Positions 48,869 to 61,537 of a stretch of 64,000 nucleotides of DNA are shown one piece after another; the first letter of the stretch is position 1; every line of letters starts with the position of its first letter. Below the pieces are notes generated by a model. That model saw nothing but the letters and a program-made list of their open reading frames with translations. It ran no database searches and was not told the origin of the DNA. Location: NCBI RefSeq assembly GCF_902713615.1, contig NC_052146.1, positions 204,061,199 to 204,125,198 on the forward strand. The letters run 5' to 3'. The DNA comes from Scyliorhinus canicula. Taxonomy: Eukaryota. The position numbers were made by a program, and so were the translations under genes.

Positions 48869-51502
48869 GGACACCCCCCGAGGACAGCGTTCGGACCAAC
48901 ACCACTAACTCTGAATACTTCCAGTTGCACAGAGGTACAAGGCAGGTGCCCGCTATGCCTGTTCCTGTTCACCCTGGCAATTGAACCCCTGGCAATCGCC
49001 CTCTGAGACAGGAGCGGTTGGAAGGGTATCTGAAGAGGAGGCAGAGAACGCGGAGTCTCAGTCTATGCCGATGAAGTGCTCCTCCACATCTCGGACCCGC
49101 GAAATGGCATGAAAAGAATCATGAATCTCCTGGAAGAGTTGTGGGGCCTTCTCGGGCTATGAAATCATCCTGGGCAAAAGTGAGGTTTTCCCATTGAACC
49201 CGAGCAGGGGGGGGGGGGGGGGGGGGTGGGGGGGGGGGGGGGGGGGGGGTGGACAGAGATGGAAGGTCTTCCATTTAAATTGATCAGAACAAATTCCGCT
49301 ACCTGGGGATCCAGATAGCCCACGATTGGTCACGATCCACAAGCGGAATTTGACCAGTCCAATGGAGGAAGTAATAAAGGACCTAGAGAGATGTGATGCA
49401 CCCCCGCTTTCCCTGACAGGAAGGGTGCAGACAATCAAGATGAATGTTCAGCTAAGGTTCCTCTTCCTGTTTAGATCCATACCAATCTACATCCCCAAGG
49501 CCTTTTTCAAAAAAATTATTATGGCAATTGTGTGTGTGGGTAGGGAAAAATCCAAGAATCCCACAGACATCACTGCAAAAAGAGAAGAAGCATGGGAGGC
49601 CTGGTCCTCCCAAATTTGCGACGATAGCACTGGGCAGTCACGACCGAGACGGTGAGGGGATGGGTAAAGGAACGAAACATGGAATGAGTGAGGATGGAGG
49701 AGTCCTCCTGCACAGGAACGACCCTCCCAGCCCTCGCCACGACAGCACCTCCATCTCGGCCGGCAAAACAGTCAAGCAGCTCAGTGGTAGTTGCAAAACG
49801 AAGAACCTGGAACCAGATGAGAGAGCACTTCAGTTTAACCAATGTGTCCACCATAGCACCCATCTGCGACATCCACAGGTTTCCACCAGCCATGCTAGAT
49901 GCCACCTTTAAGAGGCAGAGACAGGATGGAGGACGCTAGCAGTTAGGGATTTTGATGCGGGGGACAGGCTTGCGACCTGAGAAGGACTGATGGAGAGTGT
50001 GAAACTACCAAAAGGACAGGAACTCTGGCATTTACAAGTAAAAACCTTTCTCTGCAGGGAGACAACAAGGATCCCTAGGGCCCCAAGTGACACAATGTTG
50101 GAGGAGCTATTGGACGCGGAAAGTATGGAAAAGGGGAACAGTGGGAACATATATGGATGACTATTAGAAAGGACACGCTCCCCACTGGATGGAACAAGGG
50201 AGAAATGGGAGGAAGAATTAGGGACAGAAGTAGGGTTGGGACCCTGGAATGAAGCACTGAACAGGGCCAACTCCACCTCCTCTGCGCAAGGCTAAGCTTC
50301 ATGCAGCTGAAAGTGGTGCACAGAGCACACCTGACAAGAACCCGAATGAGCAGGTTCATCGCCGAGGTGGAGGACAAATGTGAGCGGTGCTAGGGAGGCT
50401 CCGCCAACCGCACCCACATGTTCTAGGCTTGCCCCAGACTTGACAGGTTCTGGAAAGCCTTCTTCAAGGCAATGTCTAAGGTTGTGGGGGTGAGGATGAA
50501 GCCATGCCCGAGAGTGGCAGTCTTCAGGGTACCGGATCAGCCAAAACTTCAAATGGGGAAGTGGGCCGACGCTCCTGCATTTGCTTCCCTAATAGCATGC
50601 CGGAGAATCCTGCTCAACGCCACCCACAGCTTCAGACTGGCTGGCAGACATATCGGAATCTCTCCACTTGAAGAAGATCAAACATGCCATCCGAGGGTCA
50701 GACAAGGGCTTCCACCAAGCATGGGGGGCATTTATCAACCTGTTCCAAGACCTGTTCGAAGCCAACAATGAATAGAACGGGAGAATGGTGCGGGGTGGGG
50801 GGTATGCATGGGCCATAGAATGCAGATAGGAACGAGGGAGAGACCAACACTGCAACTCGAGGGGCCCCTCACAAAGCTATAAGAGTAAAACAAACGCCAA
50901 CAAAAACTCTCCAGGGAGGTGCCTCGGATAGGATCCAGAGTTGGCAGAAAAGGGGAGGGGTGAACATAGGAAGGAGGGTGGGGAGGGGGTGTGCCGAAAA
51001 GGAACAAAGTGTAAATTGTAAATTATAAACCGTTTCATCCATTTCTCGTACAGTGTAAAAATGCAGACATTATTTACCATATTTATTTTCAAAAAGTGGT
51101 ATATTTTCAATGGTAATGCCTCTCCGCTTGCCAACCAATCAGCATTCTCTTCTTGTGAAGTATAAATTGTTGTTCCCTTTACAATTGGTATTCTTGTGAG
51201 TTCTGATGATTGCAAGGTGAAAAGCTCTGGTAATATTCTTCAGGTTCTGGAAAGGTTCCTGCAGACTGAAAGTAGAAAATGTAACGAGACAATGCAGAGA
51301 ACTATAGACCTGTTAGTTTGACATCAGTAGTAGGTAAAATGTGCAAATCTATTAAACTGTTGCAAATAACTGAACATTTCAAAAATAACGATTATGATTG
51401 GGCAACATGGATTTATGAAAGGGAAATTATGTTTGTCAAACTTGTTGCAGTGTTTTCAGGACGTTCCTTGTTGCCGAGATAAAGGAGGACCAGTAGGAGG
51501 TG

Positions 51503-53043
51503 AGGCTGGATTCACCAACCCTCCCGCCGGGTCGGAGAATCACCGGGGGGCAGCGTGAATCCCGCCCCGGCCGGCTGCCGAATTCTCCGGTACCGGAGAT
51601 TTGGCTAGGGCAGGAATCGCGCCGCGCCAGTCGGGGGCCATTGGCAGCGGCCCCCCCCCCCCGGCGGTTTTCCGGCCCGCGATGGGCCGAGTGGCCGCCC
51701 ATTTTCGGCCAGTCCCAACGGCGTAAATTACAACAGGCATTTACCGGCGGGACCTGGCTCTGCGGGTGGCCTCCGGGGTCCTCGGGGGTAGCGGGGGTGT
51801 TGCTCGTTATGCTTTCCCTTAATTTGCTCTGTTTTAATTACCTTTGCTCTAGAGTCGCCAGGTATCTTTCTGATACCACCACAGGGTTCAGAGCCAAATA
51901 CTGATCAATAACTCAATACACCAGTTAGTAAGTTTGAAATCAATACACATTTATTATACACACAGTCAATTACTACTCATGCATAAACTCTATTTACTAA
52001 ACTACAACTGCTACTAAAAGCCTATACTTAGCTTAGAGTGGCCCACCAGGTCAGAGGAACAATGACCTTTGTCCGGTTCTGATTCTGCTGGCTTCGAACT
52101 GGTACGGAATAGTAGCTAGGAGCATCTATCTCGTAGCGTGCGTTGACTTGAGACTTACTTGGTTGATGCAGCTGCTAGGCAGGTCTCTCCCCGCTGAGAG
52201 CCAAGGCCAAGAGTTCTTTCGAGAGCTGCCAAGAGAGCGAACTGAACTTGGGGACTCTATTTTATAGTCCCATGGGGTTTCGCGCCCTTTTGGGCGGATC
52301 CCGGACTTGGTCCCAATTAATTGGACCATGTACCAAATGTGCTTATCGATTTTCTCCAATACTGGAGTTGTTCTCTGATCGTTGGGCGGGCCCTAGGTGG
52401 TCGTTGGCCTGCCTTTGTCTTAGCTCCCGCTGGCGCCGGGGAGTCTGGCTTGGTCTCGATTGTTTTAATGTTGCTTTTTGTCCATGGAGATAGCCCATTA
52501 ATATGTTAATGGCTATTGGTTTCGGTTCTGTCTGGGTTCTGCAAATCTTAATACACAGGCAACCTTGTTTTCTCTAGTGCTGTCCGTTTTTCCCTGCACT
52601 CTTTGCGAGTGTCCATTTTGGAATCGGGACGTGGCCACCCAGGTGGTTACAGGGGAATCTGGCCCCGGATGGTGGCCTGGCCCGCTATCGGAGCCCACCG
52701 ATCCACGCGCGGGCCTGTGCCATGGGAGCACTCTATTCCTCCGCGCTGGCTGGTGTAACGGTCCGCGATGGCCAGTGCAGAGATGAACCCCCCCTTGTGC
52801 ATGCGCTGCGATGATGCCAGCACTTGCTGGCGTTCCCGCGCATGCGCCAAGGCGGAGGCCCTTCGGTGCCGGTTGGCATGGCGCCAAGCCCCTTCCGCGC
52901 TGGCCGGCGCAGCACAAACCACTCTGGTGCCAGCCTAGGTGTGGAGGATTCCGCACTTTTGGGGCCGCCCGATGCCGGAGTGGTTCACGCCACTCCTTCG
53001 TGCCGGAGTTGCCTGTCCTGCTGGTTTCCGAAGAATCCCGCCC
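51503..53043. mobile_element. Harbinger-type MITE split by a solo LTR
   Basis: Collinear with 6584-7299; GTG TSD; right TIR AGAATCCCGCCC. Confidence 0.85.
51798..52651 (-). mobile_element. Solo LTR, 854 bp (family A)
   Basis: Minus strand TGTAACCACC...GAGCAACA; 4-bp TSD GGGG; homologue of 19599-20502. Confidence 0.88.
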
Positions 53044-53067
53044 GTGATCTTTCGAGGGCTTTTAATG

Positions 53068-53223
53068 CTGGCTTGTAATGCACAACAAGGCCAGCAGCGC
53101 AGGTTCAATTCCCGTACCAGCCTCCCCGAACAGGTGCCGGAATGTGGCAACTAGGGGCTTTTCACGGTAACTTCATTGAAGCCTACTTGTGACAATAAGC
53201 GATTATTTTTTATTTTTTTATTA
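53068..53223 (+). mobile_element. Head-2 plus tail Y SINE, 5'-truncated
   Basis: aggccagcagcgcaggttcaattcccgtaccagcctccccgaacaggtgccgg... Confidence 0.8.
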
Positions 53224-53719
53224 TGATCTGTTTGAAGGCGGAGCAGCCTCAACGGGTTGAATGGTCTGCTCCAGCTCCTTTCACTACATTTCCATAGGTT
53301 GTAAAATGCCCTGTGATGATGGAGGAAGCTATATAAATACAGTCTTTCTTTGTTATAGCTTCTTTTTTTTACTGTTGCTGCAGTGAAGATGCAGAATGTA
53401 GTGGAACCATATTAGTCAGCAAAGAGAGTTATGTTTCCATTTTTGATTTTCAATGCAATCACATGATCAGGTGCTGTTTTTCTGTCTGATTTTCCCACAC
53501 CATTTCACCATTAATATTGCTGGGATGTTGCATTAGTTTGAACTTGCTGTGTGCAACTTGACTCCCTTGTTTCCCATTTTGTAGCAGTGACTACATTTCA
53601 AAAGTACTCCATTGGTTGTAAAGTTCTTTGAGACACCACCTGAATGGTGTTAAATTAATGTTTTCTGTTTGATTCCTGAATTTTGCCTGGTTACTGGGTA
53701 GTTAATAGCGTATCCAATT

Positions 53720-55092
53720 CATATGAGGCCTGACATTTTTAAGGGTTCCCCCCTATTTGTTTCTTGTTTATTGCCTTATTTTCCCATTTTTGTTGATCTG
53801 TGGATGAATAATGGACCTATGACTTTAATGCAACCTGTATCATTCACTCAAGGAGATGGCTGTACCTTTAAATTAAGCAAGAATAATCAAGAAGGCAACA
53901 GTGTGACTTGGTTTGACTGACTTGGCTGATGGCCGATGAATTGACTCAAATGTCTGTGCCCTGCCCCGTGGCCAGAAATTTAGAATTTAGAACAGTACAG
54001 CACAGAACAGGCCCTTCGGCCCTCGATGTTGTGCCGAGCAATGATCACCCTACTCAAACTCACGTATCCACCCTATACCCGTAACCCAACAACTCCCCCT
54101 TAACCTTACTTTTTAGGACACTACGGGCCATTTAGCATGGCCAATCCACCTAACCCGCACATCTTTGGACTGTGGGAGGAAACCGGAGCACCCGGAGGAA
54201 ACCCACGCACACACGGGGAGGACATGCAGACTCCGCACAGACAGTGACCCAGCCGGGAACCGAACCTGGGACCCTGGAGCTGTGAAGCATTGATGCTAAC
54301 CACTATGCTACCGTGCTGCCCATGATTGGTTCTGGTCCCACTGACATGTTTCTTAGTGTCACAAGGCCAGAGTTCGCTTCTCTTTCAATTCTTCAAGTTG
54401 AATGACAGTACCTGACTAACTCACTCCAGGAATATCCAGTAAATTCTCACCAAAAGGCCACCGTGAAAATCTGATAACTCTCTCTCTCTCTCTCTCCAGA
54501 ACTGGCTGTGCAAGCAGAACCCAAAATCTGATGTCTCTCTACCTGCAAAAAAGATGCCGATGTGCAAGCAGAATCTGATTACCTCTCTCAGAACAGGCTG
54601 ATGTGAAGCCAGAGGCCTCACCTGGAAAAGCTGTGAGTAAGATATGCTGCTGTGCTGGAAAGAAGATCATTACATGCTATATTCCGGAGACTTTAAACTA
54701 CATTCGTACAGTGAAGGAAGCGCACTAAAAGACTCATCATCTGAAGCAAGGACTAATTTATTTTCACCTTAATCCTTATAAATTTTCCACCTTAGCGACG
54801 TCTGTGGTTGTCTGTCATGTGTGTGAGGGTAGAGGGTGGGGCAGTTAAAAGGAGTCCGGTATTAGCTCTATAATTGAGCAGCTGTGTTTACCGTATCGTT
54901 AATATTAGTTCTATATATTAATAAACAGTAATTGTGTTTCAACTTACAAACCTGGTGACTGTAATTATTGGGCAGCCAAGGACCAACGGTTTTGGGGATT
55001 TTTCTATGGATTATTGGTTAATTCACTTGTGTTGTGACTCCGGGGCACGTGGGGCTTGAATTGACCATGCACTTGCCCAGGGTGGTGTAACA
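53720..55092 (+). mobile_element. Probable old LTR-like repeat (contains a SINE)
   Basis: AATAAA at about 54920 and an LTR-like end ...cccagggtggtgtaaca; 5' end and TSD not resolved. Confidence 0.35.
53976..54321 (-). mobile_element. HE1-type SINE, same tail variant as 40630-40959
   Basis: Near-identical head, core and tail. Confidence 0.88.
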
Positions 55093-56844
55093 CATTCACC
55101 TGCAGGACTGGACAGTGACAATGGACATGACAAAAATGTCCAAACTAAATAAAACTTCCTGCATGGGGTGGAAGGGAGGGGGTGTAAAGGCGATAACCTG
55201 GTCCGACAGTGGCAGTGGTATTGTTTCATCAAAGTATTAGAGTTGGTTAAGAATTGACTCGACGAGTCTGCCCTGTCAGTCATCTAGGAATTCTCAAAAT
55301 CGATTAAATCTAAGTCGGAACTTGATGGAGTATTATGCTGCAGTGTGTAGGGTATCCACAGCATTCATCACCTAGATTGGAGTGCAATGCTCCTTTCCTG
55401 GCAGATACAATGTTTAGCTGTTAACACTGTTTATTAGAACATTGCGATTTGAACTGCGGAGTTGCTGAAAAATCACCATTTCTCTTCATACTCACAGGGT
55501 AGCCAGCTGCTATTGTCTGTGGTTATTTTTACCTCCATACATATGGTCGGAATAATACATCGGCTCAGTAATTTTACTGCATGGATGATTAAAGGTTAAA
55601 TAATATAGCATGTGCTTAAACTCTCCATGGCCTTATTTTACTACAGCTGACATATTATTCCCAATTTAAGCTACGCATAAAACCTGAGAGAGCTGTAGCA
55701 TATTAACCCTGACCAAAAGCAATCAACCTGCAAACTATAAGAAATCTGTGGAAAATGACAAGAAATATCCTTCCTGTGAACGTGGGTCTCCAAGAAATAT
55801 CTGCTTTCTGCATTTCATCCACATTGCCATTTCCATTTAGCACTAAGTAAATGAATCAGTGCTCTCTAGAATCATTTAATGATACTAACAGGCTAAAGCT
55901 TTTGCCGGTCCTCTTGAATTTAAGAAAGGGAAATAGCTCTTGAAGTTACTTGCACAATTATTTTTTGGGATTTACAACACGTAACTTCTCTGAAGTTCCA
56001 AAACTCAGTCGAAATGTTTGACCTCACTTGCTGCCCCTATGCCCAGTGAGATGTTGACTTGAATTCCCTTCCCCGTCACATCGTCATCTTGAAGCTAGCC
56101 TGCTCGCAATGCTCCTGCCCCCTCTGATCAAGTGTTGATTCACGAGCAGGAAGCAAAGCTGGAAATTGGAATGTCTGCAGAACAGGGTCTAACACTTGCA
56201 ACCTTCTTGGGGGGGAAAGAAAATTCAACTCAATCCTCTTGTGTCCATCTATTCTCAGTACACCAGGCTGAAGCATTTGGAAAAATATCATCTTTTCGAA
56301 GCAGGAAGTGCAGGTGTTACATTAAAGGGTTGCAGTGGGAGCTATTTGGGAAGCAGAGATCTGGATGTATAACTCATAATTTTTTACAAATTCATGCTTC
56401 ATGATGAAAAACATGTTGAATACTGATGAAATGCCCACCTCTCGTGTTTTCATTTCAGCTTACTTACCATTAATATTCATCCATTGTTGGAATAACTTCA
56501 ATCATAATGAGTCTAAACGCCATCTATCACAATGACAGATGAAATATTGTACTTATGTAACAGTTGGCTGTCTACATTTTAGGTATTAGCTCTCTTTTAC
56601 AGTATATTTTCCCCTCCTATTGTTGATAAGTCATTCCATTGTGAATACTGTATTTGAAATAAGAATAAAAGGTTTGTTTACCAAGATCGTGCATAACGTA
56701 AGAACAGATGAAATAGGAGCAGAACAGGCCAATTGGCCCATCAAGACTGTTCCACCATTCAATAAGATCATGGCTGACCTGATGTGGCATTAACTCCACT
56801 TTCCTGCCTGCCCCACATAATACTTAACAATCAAAACTCCTTTG

Positions 56845-57265
56845 AAAGAAAGACCTGCATTTCTATAGTGCTTTTTACGATCACCAGATGTCTCAAAGTG
56901 CTTTACAGGCAATGAGGTACTTTCCAAAGTGTAGTTACTGTGCAGGAAACACAACAGTCAATTAGCACATAGTGAACTTCCACCAACAGTATTGTGATAA
57001 TGACCAGACGATCTTTTTGTGATGTTGATTGAGGGATTGATCTGGCCAAGACACTGGCTCTCCCGCAAAATAGTTCCATCAGATCTTTTGCGTCTGCCCA
57101 AGTAGGCAGGCCAGATTTAACGTCTTGTTCAAAAGACAGCACCTTTGGCAGTACGTCGCTCCCTCAGTACTGTATCATCATCCTTGAGCTTTGCGCTCAG
57201 CCCTGGCATGGAACTTGAACTGGCAGCTTTGGATTCAGAGGCAAGAGTCCTCTCCCCGGAGCCAT
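56845..57265 (-). mobile_element. Deu-domain SINE (SacSINE1/AmnSINE1-like)
   Basis: Reverse complement: tRNA head, cagtactgagggagcgacg...gtgctgtcttttgaacaagacgttaaa, tail gcactatagaaatgcaggtctttct. Confidence 0.7.
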
Positions 57266-57849
57266 AGATGAAGCAGAGTTTGAAACGAAGGACCATATTT
57301 TAAAACTGTGGTTTGCCAAGGTTCATCCATGAACACAGCTGGACCTATCCTGTCAGATTTGTGTATGTTAAAGGACATTAAAGTCTGCCATTTTATGGGC
57401 CCTCATCTATGTATTTACCCCTTTAGATGTGCCACAGAAAACATTGATGTATTCAGACATATTACTGCCATGAGATTACCTAACACCCACAACCCTCCCG
57501 CTGTTGTGATAATGTATGCATGCCACTGCAAACAATGATATACGCCTTTAAGAAGTTGCAGAGTGGTAACATTGTGGCATCACTGTGCGTAAGGCTAGAG
57601 TATACATGCACAGCCTCCAGGTTAGAGGCTCATTATTGCCTGTGACCATCTTTCATCAGCAAGATTCTATGTACATCATGTGAGTCAGGCATATAGTCAG
57701 GTAATCAAGGCCTGTGAAGAGGTGTATATAGTTGCTGCTTGTAATAACATTCAGATACTTGTGTTCAACCAGAACCCTCAATATCTCAATATCTTATAGA
57801 GACTCATCCCTTGAGACCCACATTGAGATCCTCATCATATAGGGCGGTC

Positions 57850-57935
57850 ACAGTAAGTCTTACAACATCAGGGTAAAGTCCAGGTTTGTTTCGAATCACT
57901 GGCTTTCGGAGCGCAGCTCCTTCCTCAGGTGAGTC
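57850..57935 (-). mobile_element. Penelope-like terminal fragment with a degenerate minimal hammerhead ribozyme motif
   Basis: Minus strand 57932-57896 reads TCAC-CTGAGGA-A-GGAGC-TGC-GCTCC-GAAA-GC-CA-GTGA. Confidence 0.65.
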
Positions 57936-58202
57936 TCTTGGGTTTTACCTTTGTTGGTGGGGTGAGGGAGGAGTAATGGAAAGTGATTGATCCATTCACT
58001 CCCACCCCACCATTTCAAACCATCAAATCGAGTGTTGGATGGCCAATTAGTGGCAGGCAGGCTAGAAGACAGCCAATTAGCAGTCCAAAAGGGGTCTCCG
58101 TGCCCAGTCAAGAGCCGTGTGGCGGAAGGTTTACCTGTGAATAGGAAGTTGGTCATGCTTACAAATTTAAAGGCCTTCCCAAACCTCTGATTCAGGCACC
58201 TG

Positions 58203-58372
58203 GGGCTGACTTCACCGCCGTCGGAGGCTCCATTTTGCCAGCAGCCCGGGGGTTTCCCGACGACGTGGGGCTGCCCCACAATGGGAAACCCCATTGACCA
58301 GCCGGTGAAACGGAGAATCTTGACGGCGTGCTGAACCAGAAATCTGGCGCGGCAGGACGGAGAAACCCGCCC
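58203..58372. mobile_element. Short Harbinger-type MITE
   Basis: GGGCTG...GGAGAAACCCGCCC with CTG TSD; related to about 11310-11476. Confidence 0.75.
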
Positions 58373-59599
58373 CTGATTTATGGCTTTAAAATTCAGCCCA
58401 ATGTACAACTCAAAGGCAGCTTGAACCAGGAATCCGGATTTGATCTTTTAAGGTGGACCCCATATGATAACAAACACATTAAACAAGTTTCTGAGCACAG
58501 GACTTTGTACGTTTAGTAACTTGAGGATGCCAGTGGTAAATAAACATTAATTTAATGAAGTATTTACAGAGTTCTGCTCAAAGCAGCATATCTCTCTCAG
58601 TACAGTGCTTGCTGAGTGAACTAACTGCACCAGGCCCTGCTTTGGGCCAGCTTTTATATCAGTGCATAATGAACGCCAGGTGGTTGACCTCTGCACCCTA
58701 CCTGGGGAGCTCGTACTCCACGAGTCCCACTGAGAAATCAATGATGGTTTCCCCGTGGTCCCTGTGGGGGTTAGGACAGTATGTTATTGAATAATCCCCG
58801 CCAGCATTATGGAGAACAATCCTCTTTCAGGCACTCAAGCAATGGTGATGCCTCAGAATTACATTACTAATTAAACCGCTGCACCCCATTCGCAGAGACG
58901 CGCGCAAAAGTCTCACAGCATATTGTACAGCTACAAACAGTCACATGAACACCATATCTAATATTATTTCCCCCTCATAAATCTAATTCAACAATTATAT
59001 TGCACCAAACTGCAAGAAGTAAATCAAAAACCCAACAGATTTTTCTTAACAGTAACAATGTGTCGCAGAGAATGTATGGTGCGCAGTGAGTTATGAGCCA
59101 GTAACGGTCGATGTCAGGACTCACAAAGGCAAAGCTGGAATGATTTATTTATCTGAGGCATGTTCTTGTCTGAAAACACACTCATATTTCGTGGTTTCTG
59201 GTATTTTTCTAACTGAGAAACATAAGTGAGGGGCTGAAGCTCAGGTTAATGGACACCACCCAGTGTGGAATGAATACATGGGAGGATAAGGTAAAACGAC
59301 AAAGTGGCCCCAAGCTTAGGGTTGAAATACCTTTAGCTTTCACAAGAAAGGTAAGACTGAGGGAATAAGGCAATTCCCGATTTGATGGTCTGGGGAAAGA
59401 ATAAGTTAGGGTTGCCTGTTAAGGAATACTTCGATTTTCAAATTGTCCACCTGGCTTACAAATCTCGCCACAGCCCTGCGCCCTATCTCTGTCATCTTCT
59501 CAAGCCGTATAACCTTCAAAAGTATCTGCATTTCTCTAACTCTGAGCACCCCTAATGTTAATCGCTCCACCATTGGCGGATGTGCCTTAAGCTTCCCAT

Positions 59600-59740
59600 A
59601 AGCCACAAGACCATATGACATAGGAGCAGAATTAGGCCACTCGGTCCATCGGGTCTGCTCCACCATTCAATCGTGGCTGATATTTTTCTCATCCCCATTC
59701 TCCTGCCTTCTCCCCATAACCCCTGATCCCCTTACCAATC
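59600..59740 (-). mobile_element. CR1 3' tail
   Basis: cataggagcagaattaggccactcggtccatcgggtctgctccaccattcaat. Confidence 0.75.
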
Positions 59741-60191
59741 CTCTTGTTCATCAAGCCCTGGGTTCTGGGCTCTGAAATTCACTTCTTACACCAGTATGCC
59801 TCAGCTGCCAGGATTTTCCGGCCCAAGGCATCGACGGGCATCACTGCAGGTGGAATGGGAACAACACCTCCATTACTGGAAAATATGGGGGTGGGTGCTG
59901 GAAAATCCCAAGATGTATTTCAGCCTTGTGTTTGTCCCAGTTGGAACATACCAGAACAGTGTAGTAGTTGGTGCTTCTTTTTATGCCCAGTTTAGTATCA
60001 ATCAGGGATTGTATTGTGTAACCAAATGTCTCTGAAACCATTTTGTGATTGATTGATTAATTAATTGTTAGTCGCTACAATGCACTTGAATGTACTCAAG
60101 GTCTGGACAAAAACTAAAATGGAGAAAAATCAGAGAAAAAGTAATTGTTGCACTGCAGACAGCATCGACAGCCAAATGTACATTGCAATTA

Positions 60192-60540
60192 GGGACGGCA
60201 CGGTAGCACAGTGGTTAGCACTGTTGCTTCACAGCGCCAGGGACCCGGGTTCGATTCCCGGCTTGGGTTGCTGTCTGTGCGGAGTCTGCACATTCTCCCC
60301 GTGCCTGCGTGGGTTTCCTCTGGGTGCTTCGGCTTCCTCCCACAGTCAAAGATGAACAAGTTAGGTGTATTGGCCATGTAAATTGCCCGTAGTGTCCAAA
60401 AAAAAAGGTTAGATGGGGTTACTGGGTTACAGGGATAAGGTAGAGGTGTGGACTTCAGTAAGGTACACTTTCCATGGGCCGGTACAGACTCGATGGGCTG
60501 AATGGCCTCCTTCTGCACTGTATATTCCATGATTGTATGA
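60192..60540 (+). mobile_element. HE1-type SINE, full length
   Basis: Head, core and CR1 tail. Confidence 0.9.
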
Positions 60541-61029
60541 TTTGGAGAGTAGGACAGTCTATGGTTTGGAGAGTAGGGCAGCAAGAAATTCCCACCTGTG
60601 TTTCCCCTCCTCCTATAAAACCTCCTTCAAATCTATGCCTTTGCCCAGACCTTTGACCTCTGACCCTAATATCTGCTTATGTGGCTAGGTGTCAAATTCT
60701 GTTCCTAATGCTTCTGTGAGTGGTCTTGGGATGCTTTATCATGGCAAAAATGCTATATAAATGCAAGCTCTTGTTGGTATGAAATGGTGCCATGTGTCTT
60801 GATGTCAGTACAATAAGAAGGCAAGAGACAGAATCAAATGTTTGTTAATGGAGGGTATTAATGGCTACGAAACCAAGGCGGGCAGGTTGGAGACAACATA
60901 TAGATGGTTCCTGATCCAATTGAGTGGTAGAACAGGCTCGAGGGGCTGAAAGACCTGAATTTATGTATGATGGGGCATTGGAAATTTAGAAAGAAAAAGG
61001 TAGGAAAGTTCAAAACAAAGATATAAATA

Positions 61030-61379
61030 TATCATAAAATCATAGAATCCCTACAGTGCAGAAGGAGGCCATTTGGCCCATCAGGTCTGCAACAACCCTC
61101 CAAAACCACTCCATCTGGACCCATCCCCTTCTTACCCCCATAATTACACACCTTGATGATGGCAAACCCAATGAACCTGCACATCTTTGGACACTAAGGG
61201 GTGATTTAGCATGGCCAAACCTTCTAACTAAGACATCTCTGGACTGTGGGAGGAAACTAGAGAACCCGGAGGAAACCAACATAGACATGGGGAGAAAATG
61301 CAAACTCCACACAGACAGTCACCCAAGGTCCCTGGTGTTGTAAGGCAGCAATTCTAACCACTGTGTCACCGTGCTACCC
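61030..61379 (-). mobile_element. HE1-type SINE
   Basis: Head, core and CR1 tail. Confidence 0.85.
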
Positions 61380-61537
61380 AAATCACAGGACTTGTTGCTC
61401 CAATTCACAGTAAATGGTGGCAAACTTAAGCAATTCATTCTCCAACGGGAGACATCTACTACTTGATTATATAGCTCAAGTTCTAATCTTATTGGAGGAC
61501 ATGACTCATATTGATGTGAAAGGGGGCCGAGAGTCAG

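Larger units (their letters stand above)
44852..51095 (+). mobile_element. L1-clade LINE, both ends present, internally deleted and decayed
   Basis: 5' end ttccggtgacgg; ORF1 coiled-coil remnant (ELTAMKEEIKVEIQVAVK); endonuclease DFNC...; RT SYRPISLLNVDIK, RGTRQ..CPL..LFTLAIEPLA, YADE; Cys-rich C-terminus. Degenerate TSD of about 15 bp: tggttcattctcaat / tggtatattttcaat. Confidence 0.88.

Noticed and set aside
57502-57822. LTR-like segment starting TGTTGTG
   Set aside because: The 3' end and TSD could not be identified.
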